Shown here one piece after another: positions 11,243 to 22,965 of a DNA stretch of 64,000 nt. The position numbers and the translations under genes were made by a program. The DNA is from Macrostomum lignano (lineage: Eukaryota): positions 1-64,000 of the forward strand of contig NIVC01001700.1 of NCBI GenBank assembly GCA_002269645.1. The letters are read 5' to 3'. Numbering within the stretch: the first letter of the stretch is position 1; each line of letters opens with the position of its first letter. The notes under the pieces were generated by a model. That model was not told the origin of the DNA, searched no databases, and worked only from the letters and a program-made list of their open reading frames with translations.

Positions 11243-12371
11243 TGTTTCGCACTGGCCTCCTTAATTGCGTTCAAGCTGCAGGCATGTAAAACTTTTCTTA
11301 AACTTGTTTTTGTTTCACTGTGGAGCTCTTTCCACCTATAGGTGGCTTATAGATATACCCCCGGCCCAGTGAAGCTGCATCTAAACTGTACACTCAATGC
11401 CATGCACATTTAACTGAATGCAGCTGTGCTCAAACGCACACAACTTCTCAAGCGGGTATTCAGACCTCACTTTCGTAGATTGAACTCACTTTGCTTGCTG
11501 CCTATTGTCACTGAAATACTGTTCCGAAATTAGTCGGAGGGAGCAGACAGTGCTCATCTGTAACTGCTTTACCTAATGTGATTCTCTCGGCATTTTCGGC
11601 AGAATTGAGCTCGAAACACGATTTCCTGTTTACGACCGGCAGTGCAATTTTGCTTTAGTAGAAACTTGGAACAAGAAACACGCTAGCTGTCTGCGATTTA
11701 AATCGAGATTTAGCTTTTAACTAAAGTCTTATCCATGTAAAAAAATGAAAAGCGTTTAAATATGGAGAAAAAAGCGGTAAATACAGCTGCGTGAATTGCA
11801 TGTCAGTTTTTTAATGTGTACAGGTGTATGTTATGTGCATTGACCTTCAATACGGGATATGTAACATGTAGGGGTTTCATGTGCACGCGAAGGCGTATTC
11901 AGCATGCCAGTGAAGTATGAGACAGACTAGGCCTACGAGCTAAGGTCTGCGATGCTTCACGCCTGCCCCTATCTTCAGCAGGTCAAGGCTGGTGGGAGGT
12001 CTGCATCCTCTATTTGCCTCTGGCAGCGGCAGACTCCCCCACGCTGTCTCGCAAGTCGATCCAGGGGTACCCGTCCCCGCGTGTGTTCAAGGCAGACCCT
12101 AGGGCTGCTGGACAGACTGGGCTCCGGCGCTGGCGACCCATCCTGTGGCTTCGGCCGAATTTGGGTATGCGGGTCTGGCTCGCCAGCATGCAGGTCGTGG
12201 TACTGCTTAACGTACCCTCTAATGCCTAAGGTGTTTGACCGTGCCGATGGGCTGGAAGGCCGGGGAGTAGTCCGGTCGCTAGCGGTCCCTTTTTCAAACC
12301 GGCTGGCTTGGGGTGTCGGCCAGTCGGGTACTCAACTCGCATAACGAGTAGCCCTCCCCCGCTTTTCAGCT

Positions 12372-13513
12372 ATGGCCACTATTGCCACCATTCCTAAAGA
12401 AACTGACCCGGTCGCCTCTGGCCCACCGGGATTAGCCGCTCCGGTAGCTACCACTGGTAGCACCAACGCCCAACCTGGTCCAACCGGGCCAGCTGACGCT
12501 GCCGCCGAGCACCCTGGCCGCCAGTCTAACCGACCGCGCACGGCCGAGTCCCGACGGCAGCGAAACATCCGCCACAACCGTAAGCGGCAGGAGAAGCGGG
12601 CTGCTGCTGCGTCCGCGGAGGGCGGGCAAGCCGCGGTGAGGCCTCCGGGAGCCACCGCAGCGGGGAGGCCCTCTGGGGAGTCCGGTGGCTCGGCTGGGCC
12701 GTCAGGAACCGCCGTGTCCTCGGACTCTCAGGGGGGCAACCCTGCCGGCCTACCGCTCTCCAAGGACAAAGCGGCCCCGCCCAAGACCTCCGAGTCCTAC
12801 GCCTCCAAGGTCAAGCAGCCGCTGCAACCCGCCGTGATGATCCTCGGCGGGGATTTTGACCTGACGCCCGAGCAGCTCGACGTCGCGTGGCGTACCATCG
12901 ACGAGGGCTTGCTCAACCTAACCCTGGAGGGCGTCTTCGTGGACATCGTCAAGTCCACCAAGGCGAACGGGTGCATTTGTGGTGCAAATCCGAGGAAAGC
13001 ACCCAGCTCCTGCGGGATCAGCCGCCCAAGTTCGACTGGCACAGCGACCTGGGCCAGCTGACCTTCGCCCTGGAGAGCGAGCGGCCGAAGACCATCCGCC
13101 ATCGGATTTGGGTCCCGGCCGACAGTGCGATCAAGTCCGGGGAGCATCTGCGGCAGCTCCTGCTCAAGCGGCACCCGGATCTCGACGCCAGTGGTCTTGT
13201 GTACCACAGCACGGTCCGCAAGGGCACGACCGGGGCCACCGTCATCCTCGGCCTGACGGAGAGATGGGCCAAGCGGCTACCGCACGGCACAAACCTCCAC
13301 CTTGGTCTCCATCAACTGACCATCTTCCGCTGTGAGGAGAGCATGGTGGAGACCAAGAACGACGGGAAGCGCGCCGCTCCCGGAGCTGGGGCTCAGGCTC
13401 CACCGGCCAAGCGGCAGCAGCAACCCGATCCCGAGCCTAACAAGGCTATTCGCGCTGCTGAGTCCGCCTCGCGCGGACGTAGACCCGCCCGCAGTACCGG
13501 CGGTCCGGGCTAA
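12372..13513 (+). pseudogene. LINE copy 1 ORF1 (frameshift near 12980)
   Basis: Two overlapping frames (12372-13061 and 12887-13513) join into one protein. It is homologous to copy 2 ORF1 (LTPEQLDVAW vs LTAEQLDLIW; RHRIWVPA vs RHRAWIPA). Confidence 0.75.
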
Positions 13514-13898
13514 TCCAGCGCGCACTTGACGAAGCTCAGTCTCTGAGACTTCACCTCGAGCAGACTCGAGCCGCTCGCAAAAACACTGAAAGCCAGCCGA
13601 GGGAACTGGACGACGGCATGGCTCAGCCTTCCAACTGGTGGGATTACCACCAGGAGGACGCTGCCGGCCGAGCTCAGACTCCCGACGGCGGGGCGCAAGG
13701 CGAAGGCAGCAGCCGTACCCCAGTCGCTGGGGAGGAGGGCGGTGTAGCGCGGCTAGGTGACTCACCTGCCGTGGGCGCCGTGTCCGCCTCCGCGGCGGCT
13801 GGGGAGGCGGCTGAGCTTGAGCCAATGGAAATTGGCGACTCAACTCTCACCGATGAGGCTGAGAATGAGTTGCTTTTCTCCTCCCCTGGACAGTAGAC

Positions 13899-16800
13899 AT
13901 GACTGTCTCCCAGGGCATCCACTGCTTGCAGGTCAACCTGCAGCACAGCATTGCTGCTTCAGTCAACCTCTTGAAGCACACTGACCAATACGTGCCAGGG
14001 ATTATCCTTATCCAGGAACCTTGGACGCTAAGGGGCAGGCCCCAACATGTCCCCACCGGCTACCAGTGTTTAACCGCTGGCACCCGGGAGGGAAACCTGG
14101 CACCAAGGTCCTGCATCATGGTGTCCAGTTATAGTAACGCATGGCTCAGATCGGACCTGTCCACCAGGGACATCTGCGTCATCCAATCTGAAGACATACT
14201 CCCTGGGAGGACTACCCTCATCGCCTCGGTTTACCTACCGGGCGACGGTGAGATGATCCCAGGGGAGCTTGTCACACTGGTCGAGCTCTGCTCCACCAGA
14301 AATTATGAGCTGCTTGTGGCAAGCGATATCAACGCCCACCATACCCACTGGGGCAGTTCTGATATTAACCAGAGAGGTGAAGACTTCCTGGCTTATATTG
14401 CTACTACAACCCTTGAGTTCTGTAACACGGGTAGTACCCCTACCTTCAATAACGGACGCCGATCGGAGGTGCTGGATGCCACCCTCGCCACGCCCAGGCT
14501 CTTCCAGAGCACTAGGGAGTGGCGGGTGCTTCCTGAGGCGTCCCTCTCCGATAACAAGTTCATCTCTCTCACGCTGGCCAGCGCCCGAAACGCAGGCCAG
14601 CTTTACTGGAAACGGAATGCTAGGAATACCAACTGGACCGCCTTCAGGCTTGCCCTGGAGGAGACCTATCGTTGCACTAGCGCTCCAGTCTCCATCAGCA
14701 CCTGCGAGGAAGCAGATGAATTTGCGGCCGCACTTACAGACTCGCTCACTGCTGCCTTCGAAGCCTCATGCCCACTAAAGGCATATAAAGGCAAACAGTC
14801 GGCCCCATGGTGGAACTCGCAGCTTGGCGGTACGTGGGCGGTCACGTACTGGCTGACTCAATCATCACGGAGGACCGCGTTACTAAAGCAGTCTCCTCCT
14901 TCAAACCCTTCAAATCCCCAGGACCGGACGGCGTTGTGCCAGCCTTCCTGCGAGAGGCGGTGAAATGCACCGGTTTCCTGTGGAACCCTTGCCGGCTTCT
15001 GAAAGCTTGCATTGTTCTCGGCTTTGTTCCGAAACCCTGGACCGAGGCCAAGGTGGTTTTTATCCCCAAGCCCGGCCGACCGGACTACCGGTCCATTAAA
15101 TCCTTCAGACCAATTAGCCTCACCTCCTCACTGGTGAAGCTGTTGGAGAGACTGGTGCTCTGGCGCCTCCTCTCTGTCGAACTGAAGAACAAGCCGCTCA
15201 GTGAGAACCAGCACGCCTTTCGGGCAGGCAGGTCCACGGAGAGCGCGCTTCATGTCTTGGTCGACATGCTGGAGAAAGCTGTTCTTGGTAATGGCTACGT
15301 TCTCGCTGTCTTCCTCGACATTGTTGGAGCCTTCGATAATGTCTTCTTTGAGGCTTTTGACAGAGCTCTACGTGCTAGAGGAACCCACTCGCACCTCACC
15401 CGGTGGATCATGTATATGATCAGCCATCGTACTGCCACCGCACACCTGTTGGGCCACCAACGGACGGTTAACCGTCTGCAAAGGCACCCCCCAGGGCGGT
15501 GTCCTCTCTCCAGTGGAACATGGTCATCGATGAGCTCCTCCAGGACAGCTATCTTGACCCCATCCTTAAGGTCGGTTACGCCGATGATGTCACAGCCGTA
15601 GCATCCGGACCGTCACCTGAAACCCTTAGGGACCTTCTGCAAAACTTTATTCGCTCTGCTGAACAATGGGCGGACAGGTGCGGCCTTAGGCTCTCTGAGA
15701 CCAAAACTGTCGCGATCATGTTCACCAGCAGGGTAAACTGGCGTATTCGCCCACTAAAGCTTTACGGGGTGGAAATCCCATCCTGCAAGCAAGCCAAGTG
15801 TCTCGGCGTTACGCTGGACCACCGGCTGAGCTGGTCCACCCACGTCCAGGCCAAAACCAAAAAAGCCCTCGCGATTCTTGCGCAGCTGCGCAGAGCCGTC
15901 GGCACCACCTAGGGCCTCACCCCTAAACGGCTCTGGTGGATCTATGCCGCAATGGTCCGACCGGCCGTTACTTACGCCGGCCTGGTCTGGACCAGCGCCT
16001 TGCAGATTAAAACCTGCCACGAAGCCCTCAAAAAGGTGCAGGGACGTGCGTGCCGCATGATCCTGAATGCCCCGCTCTCTGCTCCCTTTGACGGCCTCAA
16101 CGCCTTTCTTTGCCTCCCGCCTCTGGACATCTTTGTCCGTCGCGAGGCTGCTAAAACCACCCACCGGCTCATCGAGGCTGGCGTTAGCTTCAAGCCACAA
16201 AGAGCGATGGCGAAGCGCAAGCTCCTGCCGCACTCTGACCTGTGCCGTAAAGTTCTGGAGGAGAGTGGGAGTGCGGCTGTCCTTTCGGACGCTGAGCCGC
16301 GCTCCCTCAATCTCTACCAACGCTTCAAGGTCACTATCCCGTCCAGGGAGAACGCCAACGACAGCTGGGCCCCTCAGTAGGTTCACTGCTTTACTGACGG
16401 ATCCTCCAAAGACGGTTTATCCGGCTTTGGAGTCTGCATCCTTATCAACGGCCGCGTGATCGCTACTCACACCCAACACACTGGCAGACTCTCCAGCGTC
16501 TTCCAGAACGAAGTCCTTGCCATCAGCTCCTGTGCAGCTGAGCTCCACTGCAGGGACTTCAAGGACAGAAGAATTTTCTTCCACTCTGACAGCCAGGCCG
16601 CTTTGCAGGCCCTGTGTCACACCACTACGAACTCCCGAACAGTCCGCGACTGTATCGGGCAGCTCAACAAGCTGGCTCGGAGGAACACCGTCCGGCTTAC
16701 GTGGATCCCAGGACACGCCGGCTTCAAAGGTACCGAGCTCGCCGACTCCCTCGCTAAGGCGGGCTGTTCCGGCTCGCCCCTTGGCCCCGTGCCCCTGGCC

Positions 16801-17271
16801 CCCATCCCCGCCACAGTCATTAATCGTCAGATTAACGACTGGGCGGACATCCTGCACTTACGCAGATGGGATGGTATCTCCAACTGCCGCCAATCTCGTG
16901 CGGCAGTGCCCAAGCCGTCCCTCAAGCTGCGGAGAATCCTTTTGAACCAAAATCGAAAAGATATCCGCGCTCTCACTATGACCTTCACAGGTCACGGTTG
17001 CTTTGCCAGGCACTGTTTCCTCCGAAGTGCCCACCGGAGCGAACTTTGCCCTTTTTGCAACCTCGAGAACGAAGACGCCAAGCACTTCGTCTGCTACTGC
17101 CCGGCCTTCAATCGAGACCGGCTCAACCACCTCGGGCCCAACCCGTCCCTGGACGACGTTTGCCGGCCCGAGAACATCCCACGGCTCATCCGGTTCCTCC
17201 GAGCCACCAAGCGAGCCTCCGTCTTCCCCACCGAAGACAACGCTGCAGACAGGACCGGCAGACCTCCCTGA
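13899..17271 (+). pseudogene. LINE copy 1 ORF2: APE endonuclease, reverse transcriptase, RNase H, zinc knuckle; disrupted
   Basis: QEPW, ASDINAHH, SDNK (APE); FRPISLTS, QHAFRAGRST, GYADD (RT); FTDGS, HSDSQAA, WIPGHAG (RNase H); CPFC...HFVCYC. Frameshifts near 14830 and 15480; in-frame TAG at 15910-15912 and 16378-16380. Confidence 0.92.
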
Positions 17272-18882
17272 CCGGCCCCGCGCGCCCTAGCCTATGTGGG
17301 TCTTTCAGAGATTAGCGGAATGGGCGACGCTCGCCTCCCCGCTGCGTCTTCGGACAGCCCTGCAACTAAGTCAAGTAAGTCAAGGGGTTTCATGTATCTG
17401 CTCCGAATCATGAAATAAACAAGAATCCTGTATACACTCGTCAAAGATTGATCCAATTATTTCGGATTGTTGCGATTTTATAGTAATTCTATCGGTGAAG
17501 TGGGCTTTGAAGCTAGATGAATTAAACAGTCTCAGAATGAAGCTTCAATTAGCTTGTATGAGTTTAAAAAACCGAAAGAAATATATAATATTATGAATTG
17601 ATAAACAACCAATTGCAAAATACACGACGTGCATCTTCTTTTAAAAAAATTTCAATAATTTGTAAGGCGTTTTCCGTCATTGAATCGTCATTAAGCGTAG
17701 TTTATACGCTCGAAATTTAATTATCGTGGATATTTTCGTTGGTCTATGATAAAGTGAAAAGTATTTGAGCAAAAATATGTCTACTTTGAGCATCTTTTTG
17801 TATTTAAATGGATTTAAAGCGTAATATTCCACAATAATGCTCGAATCAGCTGTTTAGTTGAGCACGTGCACTTGCACGTGTTTGATTTATATTTACACTT
17901 TCTTAGAAAGAAATTCATAATTGACACGTCAGAGTTGGCAAAGTTGGAGATCTTGCCACGTGTATTCTGTCACTATGACTGCTGATGACATATGATGCGG
18001 ACTTGCTAGTCGTAGTTGGTGTTGGTTGCTTGTTTATAGTTCTTATAAGGATGCAAATGTATATTTTCTTTGTTGTATTATGATAATACTTGCTCATTAC
18101 AAATTTCAATCAGTTTTAGTAGACCTACTACAGAGGCTTATATTATAGGCTACAGGACTAAAACGAAAATTGAAATTTCTTAGTACAACTGGAAGAAGCT
18201 TGTAAAACACATGTATATCTTAGAGATGTGATATTGTGATTGTATTGTAAGTTCTTTTTGGGTGGTTGCTAAGTCAAGATACAAGAGAATTATCTATGAA
18301 TAATGTTTTATTATTCTATAAAATTCAAGCTCTAACATAATAAGAGCTTGAATTTTAACCCAATAGTTCTAACTTATAATGAGTGTTTAAACATTTTAAT
18401 TTAAATTATATAACTTTTTAAAAATCCTATATCTAGCTTTAAAAGTCATAAACAAGTTGAAATATTTTTTATTATATATTTTTAATTTTGTATGATTTTT
18501 AGGCCTACTAATGCTACACTCTATATCTTTAACAATATTATCTGTTTTATTGATAATTTTAGTTTCTTTGATCATAATGTTTTGTTTTACTTATTATATA
18601 TATTTATGTTAGAGTAAAACTCTTTATTAATTTGCCTTAGCCAAAAGTTATATCTTCAATTCAAGAACTTTTTATAATGAAGACCTAATTATTATTTTTA
18701 CTCCAAGTAGGCCTAAGCCTAGAAAGTTTTAAATACTAAATAGCATTTTGAACATATTAATTGGCCTTTTTACATTCAATCTCTTGACTTTATGAATATT
18801 TGACTATCAGAATTAAATTGAAACTATATAGAACAACAAGAAAACATTTTCAATTGACTTAATTTCTCTATTGATCTTTTCT

Positions 18883-19455
18883 ATGCATGCAATGTCATCA
18901 TCAGGTACATACACCTCTTCTAGTATTTACCATCAAAATTCTAAACCATCTTCATTTGGACAAATTGGATATGTAGCCAGCAGCAGTCGCTTATCATTTG
19001 GCATCTTGCCATTGGAACTGGATTTCTCTACAACTGGCAGTCAAGCCAGCAGCAGCATTGGCTCAGACAGTATGGAAGCATTGCCACCCCCTCAGCACTC
19101 TGCACTGTATAATAGCAGCGACAGTATCAATGATAGCTTTGAAGCTGAGGAAACTCACAGTGACATTTATGATGCTGTCAATAATGATGAATGGAGCCAA
19201 GCCGCCGCGCCTCTGTCTGTGAGCCTGCTGCGCCAGCTGGACATCTCGCCTGGCATCATGCAGTGCATGAAAGCTGAGCTGCCTATCTATGACAACTGTG
19301 ACCAAATTGGTGCCACCTATTCCAGTGCGGACTTGAAGCATTCCTCTGTCTCTGGCGGCAGAGGCCCCACCAGCCTGCGCCCACTGACTGTGGTGAGGCC
19401 TCGAGTCACCTGCCTGCGCTATGGCAGACCGCTGCGCCTCCCCAGCTTTACCTGA
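18883..19455 (+). CDS. Orphan Ser-rich ORF (about 190 aa), function unknown
   Basis: Non-repetitive open frame immediately downstream of a very AT-rich stretch. No recognisable domain. Confidence 0.3.
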   Translation: MHAMSSSGTYTSSSIYHQNSKPSSFGQIGYVASSSRLSFGILPLELDFSTTGSQASSSIGSDSMEALPPPQHSALYNSSDSINDSFEAEETHSDIYDAVNNDEWSQAAAPLSVSLLRQLDISPGIMQCMKAELPIYDNCDQIGATYSSADLKHSSVSGGRGPTSLRPLTVVRPRVTCLRYGRPLRLPSFT

Positions 19456-20024
19456 TCGGCTTTCATTCTCATTGTAAATTTAAACTGTCATGTCTCTTCT
19501 CTCCCGTGTCCTCTCTTCTCTGACACCACAATTATACCGGTAAGCCTTGGGTGTCAGAGTCAGGTTACACAGTGCACCCATCTAACTTTCCTGTGTGCAG
19601 TTGTTTCTTGTAGTTTATTCTAATTATTGATTTTTCGGTGTGGTGCGTTGAAGTTTTGCTTAGAAATTGTAGTATGTAAATAAGTACTAATTAAATTCAA
19701 TGCGATTCTTGGTGTCCATCTTCCACTTTTAGTTTTACTCTGTTTTGCTTTCATTTTGGTTATTTAGTTACAACCAGCATCATCACTGTACGAGCGTATC
19801 TATTCATACTATCTGAATCTTTCATTAATCCATTCAAAAAATTGTGCTGTTTTGGCTTCTGCATTATAATATTGAAAGTAGTTAGGCTTGCTCGAATACA
19901 CTATTATTTATTTAATTTGTTCACTTGTCTAATGCGTAATGCATTACAGATGCGTACGTGTGCTTATGAATCCGGTGATAAAGAAATAATAGAAGTCTGT
20001 AACGCTACACAGCTGATCGATGCA

Positions 20025-21310
20025 TGCAGAGGGGAGAGAGGGAGACAGAGGATGCAGAGGCGAGAGAGGGAGACAGAGGATGCAGATGCAGGAGAGGGAG
20101 ATGGAGGATGCAGAGGCGAGAGAGGGAGACAGAGGATGCAGAGGCGAGAGAGGGAGACAGAGGATGCAGAGGCGAGAGCGGGAGACAGAGGATGCAGATG
20201 CAGGAGAGGGAGATGGAGGATGCAGAGGCGAGAGAGGGAGACAGAGGATGCAGATGCAGGAGAGGGAGATGGAGGATGCAGAGGCGAGACAGGGAGACAG
20301 AGGATGCAGAGGCGAGAGAGGGAGACAAAGGATGCAGAGGCGAGAGAGGGAGACAGAGGATGCAGATGCAGGAGAGGGAGATGGAGGATGCAGAGGCGAG
20401 AGAGGGAAACAGAGGATGCAGATGCAGGAGAGGGAGATGGAGGATGCAGAGGCGAGACAGGGAGACAGGGAGACAGAGGCGAGAGAGGGAGACAGAGGAT
20501 GCAGATGCAGGAGAGGGAGATGGAGGATGCAGAGGCGAGACAGGGAGACAGAGGATGCGGAGGCGAGAGAGGGAGACAGAGGATGCAGAGGCGAGAGAGG
20601 GAGACAGAGGATGCAGATGCAGGAGAGGGAGATGGAGGATGCAGAGGCGAGAGAGGGAGACAGAGGATGCAGATGCAGGAGAGGGAGATGGAGGATGCAG
20701 AGGCGAGACAGGGAGACAGAGGATGCAGAGGCGAGAGAGGGAGACAGATGATGCAGAGGCGAGAGAGGGAGATGGAGAATGCAGAGGCGAGACAGGGAGA
20801 CAGAGGATGCAGAGGCGAGAGAGGGAGACAGAGGATGCAGATGCAGGAGAGGGAGATGGAGGATGCAGAGGCGAGACAGGGAGACAGAGGATGCGGAGGC
20901 GAGAGAGGGAGACAGAGGATGCAGAGGCGAGAGAGGGAGACAGAGGATGCAGATGCAGGAGAGGGAGATGGAGGATGCAGAGGCGAGAGAGGGAGACAGA
21001 GGATGCAGATGCAGGAGAGGGAGATGGAGGATGCAGAGGCGAGACAGGGAGACAGAGGATGCAGAGGCGAGAGAGGGAGACAGAGGATGCAGAGGCGAGA
21101 GAGGGAGACAGAGGATGCAGATGCAGGAGAGGGAGATGGAGGATGCAGAGGCGAGAGAGGGAGATGGAGAATGCAGAGGCGAGAGAGGGAGATAGAGGAT
21201 GCAGATGCAGGAGAGGGAGATGGAGGATGCAGAGGCGAGAGAGGGAGACAGAGGATGCAGATGCAGGAGAAGAAGATGGAGAATGCAGAGGCGAGAGAGG
21301 GAGACAGAGC
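20025..21310. repeat. Purine-rich compound minisatellite (GCAGAGGCGAGAGAGGGAGACAGAGGAT and variants)
   Basis: Direct inspection. Confidence 0.95.
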
Positions 21311-21984
21311 AAAGGTCCTTAGCAGAAGAAGAGCTGATGTGAGGTGTAGACCTCAAACTTCAAGATGGATTTTGTGGCGTTTGAGAATAAAGTAGAAAAA
21401 AAGAGGATCTTGATCCCATCACATAGGCTGCTGGCCGGATCTCGGCATTAGATTTTGGCGAGAGAGCTGAGCCGTGAGGTGGGAGCTGAGGATATCTTCG
21501 GTGCCACTCGCAGTTGATTTGCAGGAATGCGTTGGATGGAGTAATTCTGCTTAGGCGGACCTGCGCCAGGCTTATCGGGTTGCTATACGAATGAAAGGCG
21601 CGCGCGACCCGTGAAGCAATCTGGCAAAGAGCTTTAAGCATAGCAACTGCAGCTCTCGAGCTGCGCAGTGTCAATCAATAGATTAAATTCGAGCGAGGCA
21701 GATTGGAGACTGAAAATGAAAAATTCAAATTATGGTTTCAAGTATGCTTACGCCTTTATTCCATCATTTTTGCCTCCTAATAAAATTGCCGCTTCATTAA
21801 TTTCACCACGAGCCCCTGCCTCCTGCCCTATTGATTGGGTGAATTGTAAAAAATATGCGCCTCATGCTGTTAGTCTTTGTTTGAGTCAATTCTTTAATTT
21901 TTTTCGATACTTTCAAAGCAAAGCATTTGCTTTTTGTTGTCCTCGAATCGAGTGTAAAAAGTGTAAATCTAAGTGGAGTAGAGA

Positions 21985-22320
21985 AGTAGGAAGTAGAAAG
22001 TAGAAGTGAGGAGTAGAAAGGGGAAGCGGGGAGTAGAAAGAGGAAGCGGAGAGTAGAAAGGGGAAGTGGGGAGTAGAAAGGGGAAGCGGGGAGTAGAAAG
22101 AGGAAGCGTGGAGTAGAAAGGGAAGCGGGGAGTAGAAAGGGGAAGTGGGGAGTAGAAAGAGGAAGCGTGGAGTAGAAAGGGAAGCGGGGAGTAGAAAGAG
22201 GAAGCGGGGAGTAGAAAGGGGAAGTGGGGAGTAGAAAGAGGAAGCGTGGAGTAGAAAGGGAAGCGGGGAGTAGAAAGAGGAAGCGGGGAGTAGAAAGTGG
22301 AAGCGGGGAGTAAAAAGAAA
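21985..22320. repeat. Purine-rich minisatellite, 19-20-bp unit GGAGTAGAAAG(A/G)GGAAGCG
   Basis: Direct inspection. Confidence 0.9.
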
Positions 22321-22905
22321 AGCCGGGCATTAGAAAGAATATAAAGTTTAGAGCCCTAAAATATAGTCAGTGTACATACCCTGACGAAGAAGTCGATGTC
22401 GCTTCGCTGTTCAGAATTTCAGAATTGCTTTCTCAGAAACTATAAATAGGTATAATTGTGTTTGCCAGCCGTGTAACGATGTCGCTTGAATGCGTTTCGT
22501 TTGAAATTCTCTTATCTAATTCCATGTTTAGCTTAGCTTTGCCTCCTGCAAATAGGCCATGGGATTTGAATTTTTCAATGAGCTAGCTAATGAGCAAAAT
22601 GAGCGCTGCAGCATATAGAGTCCCGTTTCCATTTCAGCTTTTCCTTCGGCGTAGCCCGCATGTAAAAGAACTGACTCTGGAAATTTTCTCCGCTAAATGA
22701 AATAAATTCCCATTGTCCAATAGCGATTGTTTGAGTGAGCAAGGGCATCCGTTTTGTGTTTGCTTATCGTACGGGAACAAGGGCAAGTTTGCTTGAACAC
22801 AGCGTCGCTTGCTGCTGCTACCGAGGAGTCTGTGGGAGTCTTTAAAATCGGTGTGGTGACAATCAATTTAAATTGGGGCTGCCAGTATTAGCGTATGGCT
22901 TATTG

Positions 22906-22965
22906 CAGGGGTCGGCAATCTTTTTTACCTCCAGGGCCAGATAGAGAACATAGCGCATGGCTGCA
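22906..22965 (+). mobile_element. Possible hAT/Charlie-like MITE terminus (one end only)
   Basis: CAGGGGTCGGCAATCTTTTTT...AGGGCCA resembles Charlie-type TIR starts. I found no matching opposite end. Confidence 0.3.

Larger units (their letters stand above)
11883..17382 (+). mobile_element. Full-length non-LTR retrotransposon (LINE), LOA-like clade, decayed (copy 1)
   Basis: Exact 13-bp TSD AGGGGTTTCATGT at 11870-11882 and 17383-17395. ORF1, then ORF2 with APE endonuclease, RT (YADD), RNase H and a C-terminal Cys/His motif. 3' tail TAAGTCAAGTAAGTCAAG. The clade call rests on domain order and motifs (LQVNLQH, KSPGPDG, GHGCFARH...CPFC). Confidence 0.93.

Noticed and set aside
11883-11966. Canonical HDV-like ribozyme call for the LINE 5' end
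   Set aside because: No room for P3/L3/P1.1 and no J4/2 catalytic-C strand; reported instead as an unassigned structure.
19453-19560. Selenocysteine readthrough (TGA followed by an open frame and a hairpin)
   Set aside because: The hairpin lacks the SECIS AUGA/GA quartet and apical AA geometry.
19842-21395. 517-aa Arg/Glu-rich ORF and its antisense partners
   Set aside because: The purine-rich array almost cannot encode stops; several frames on both strands are open.
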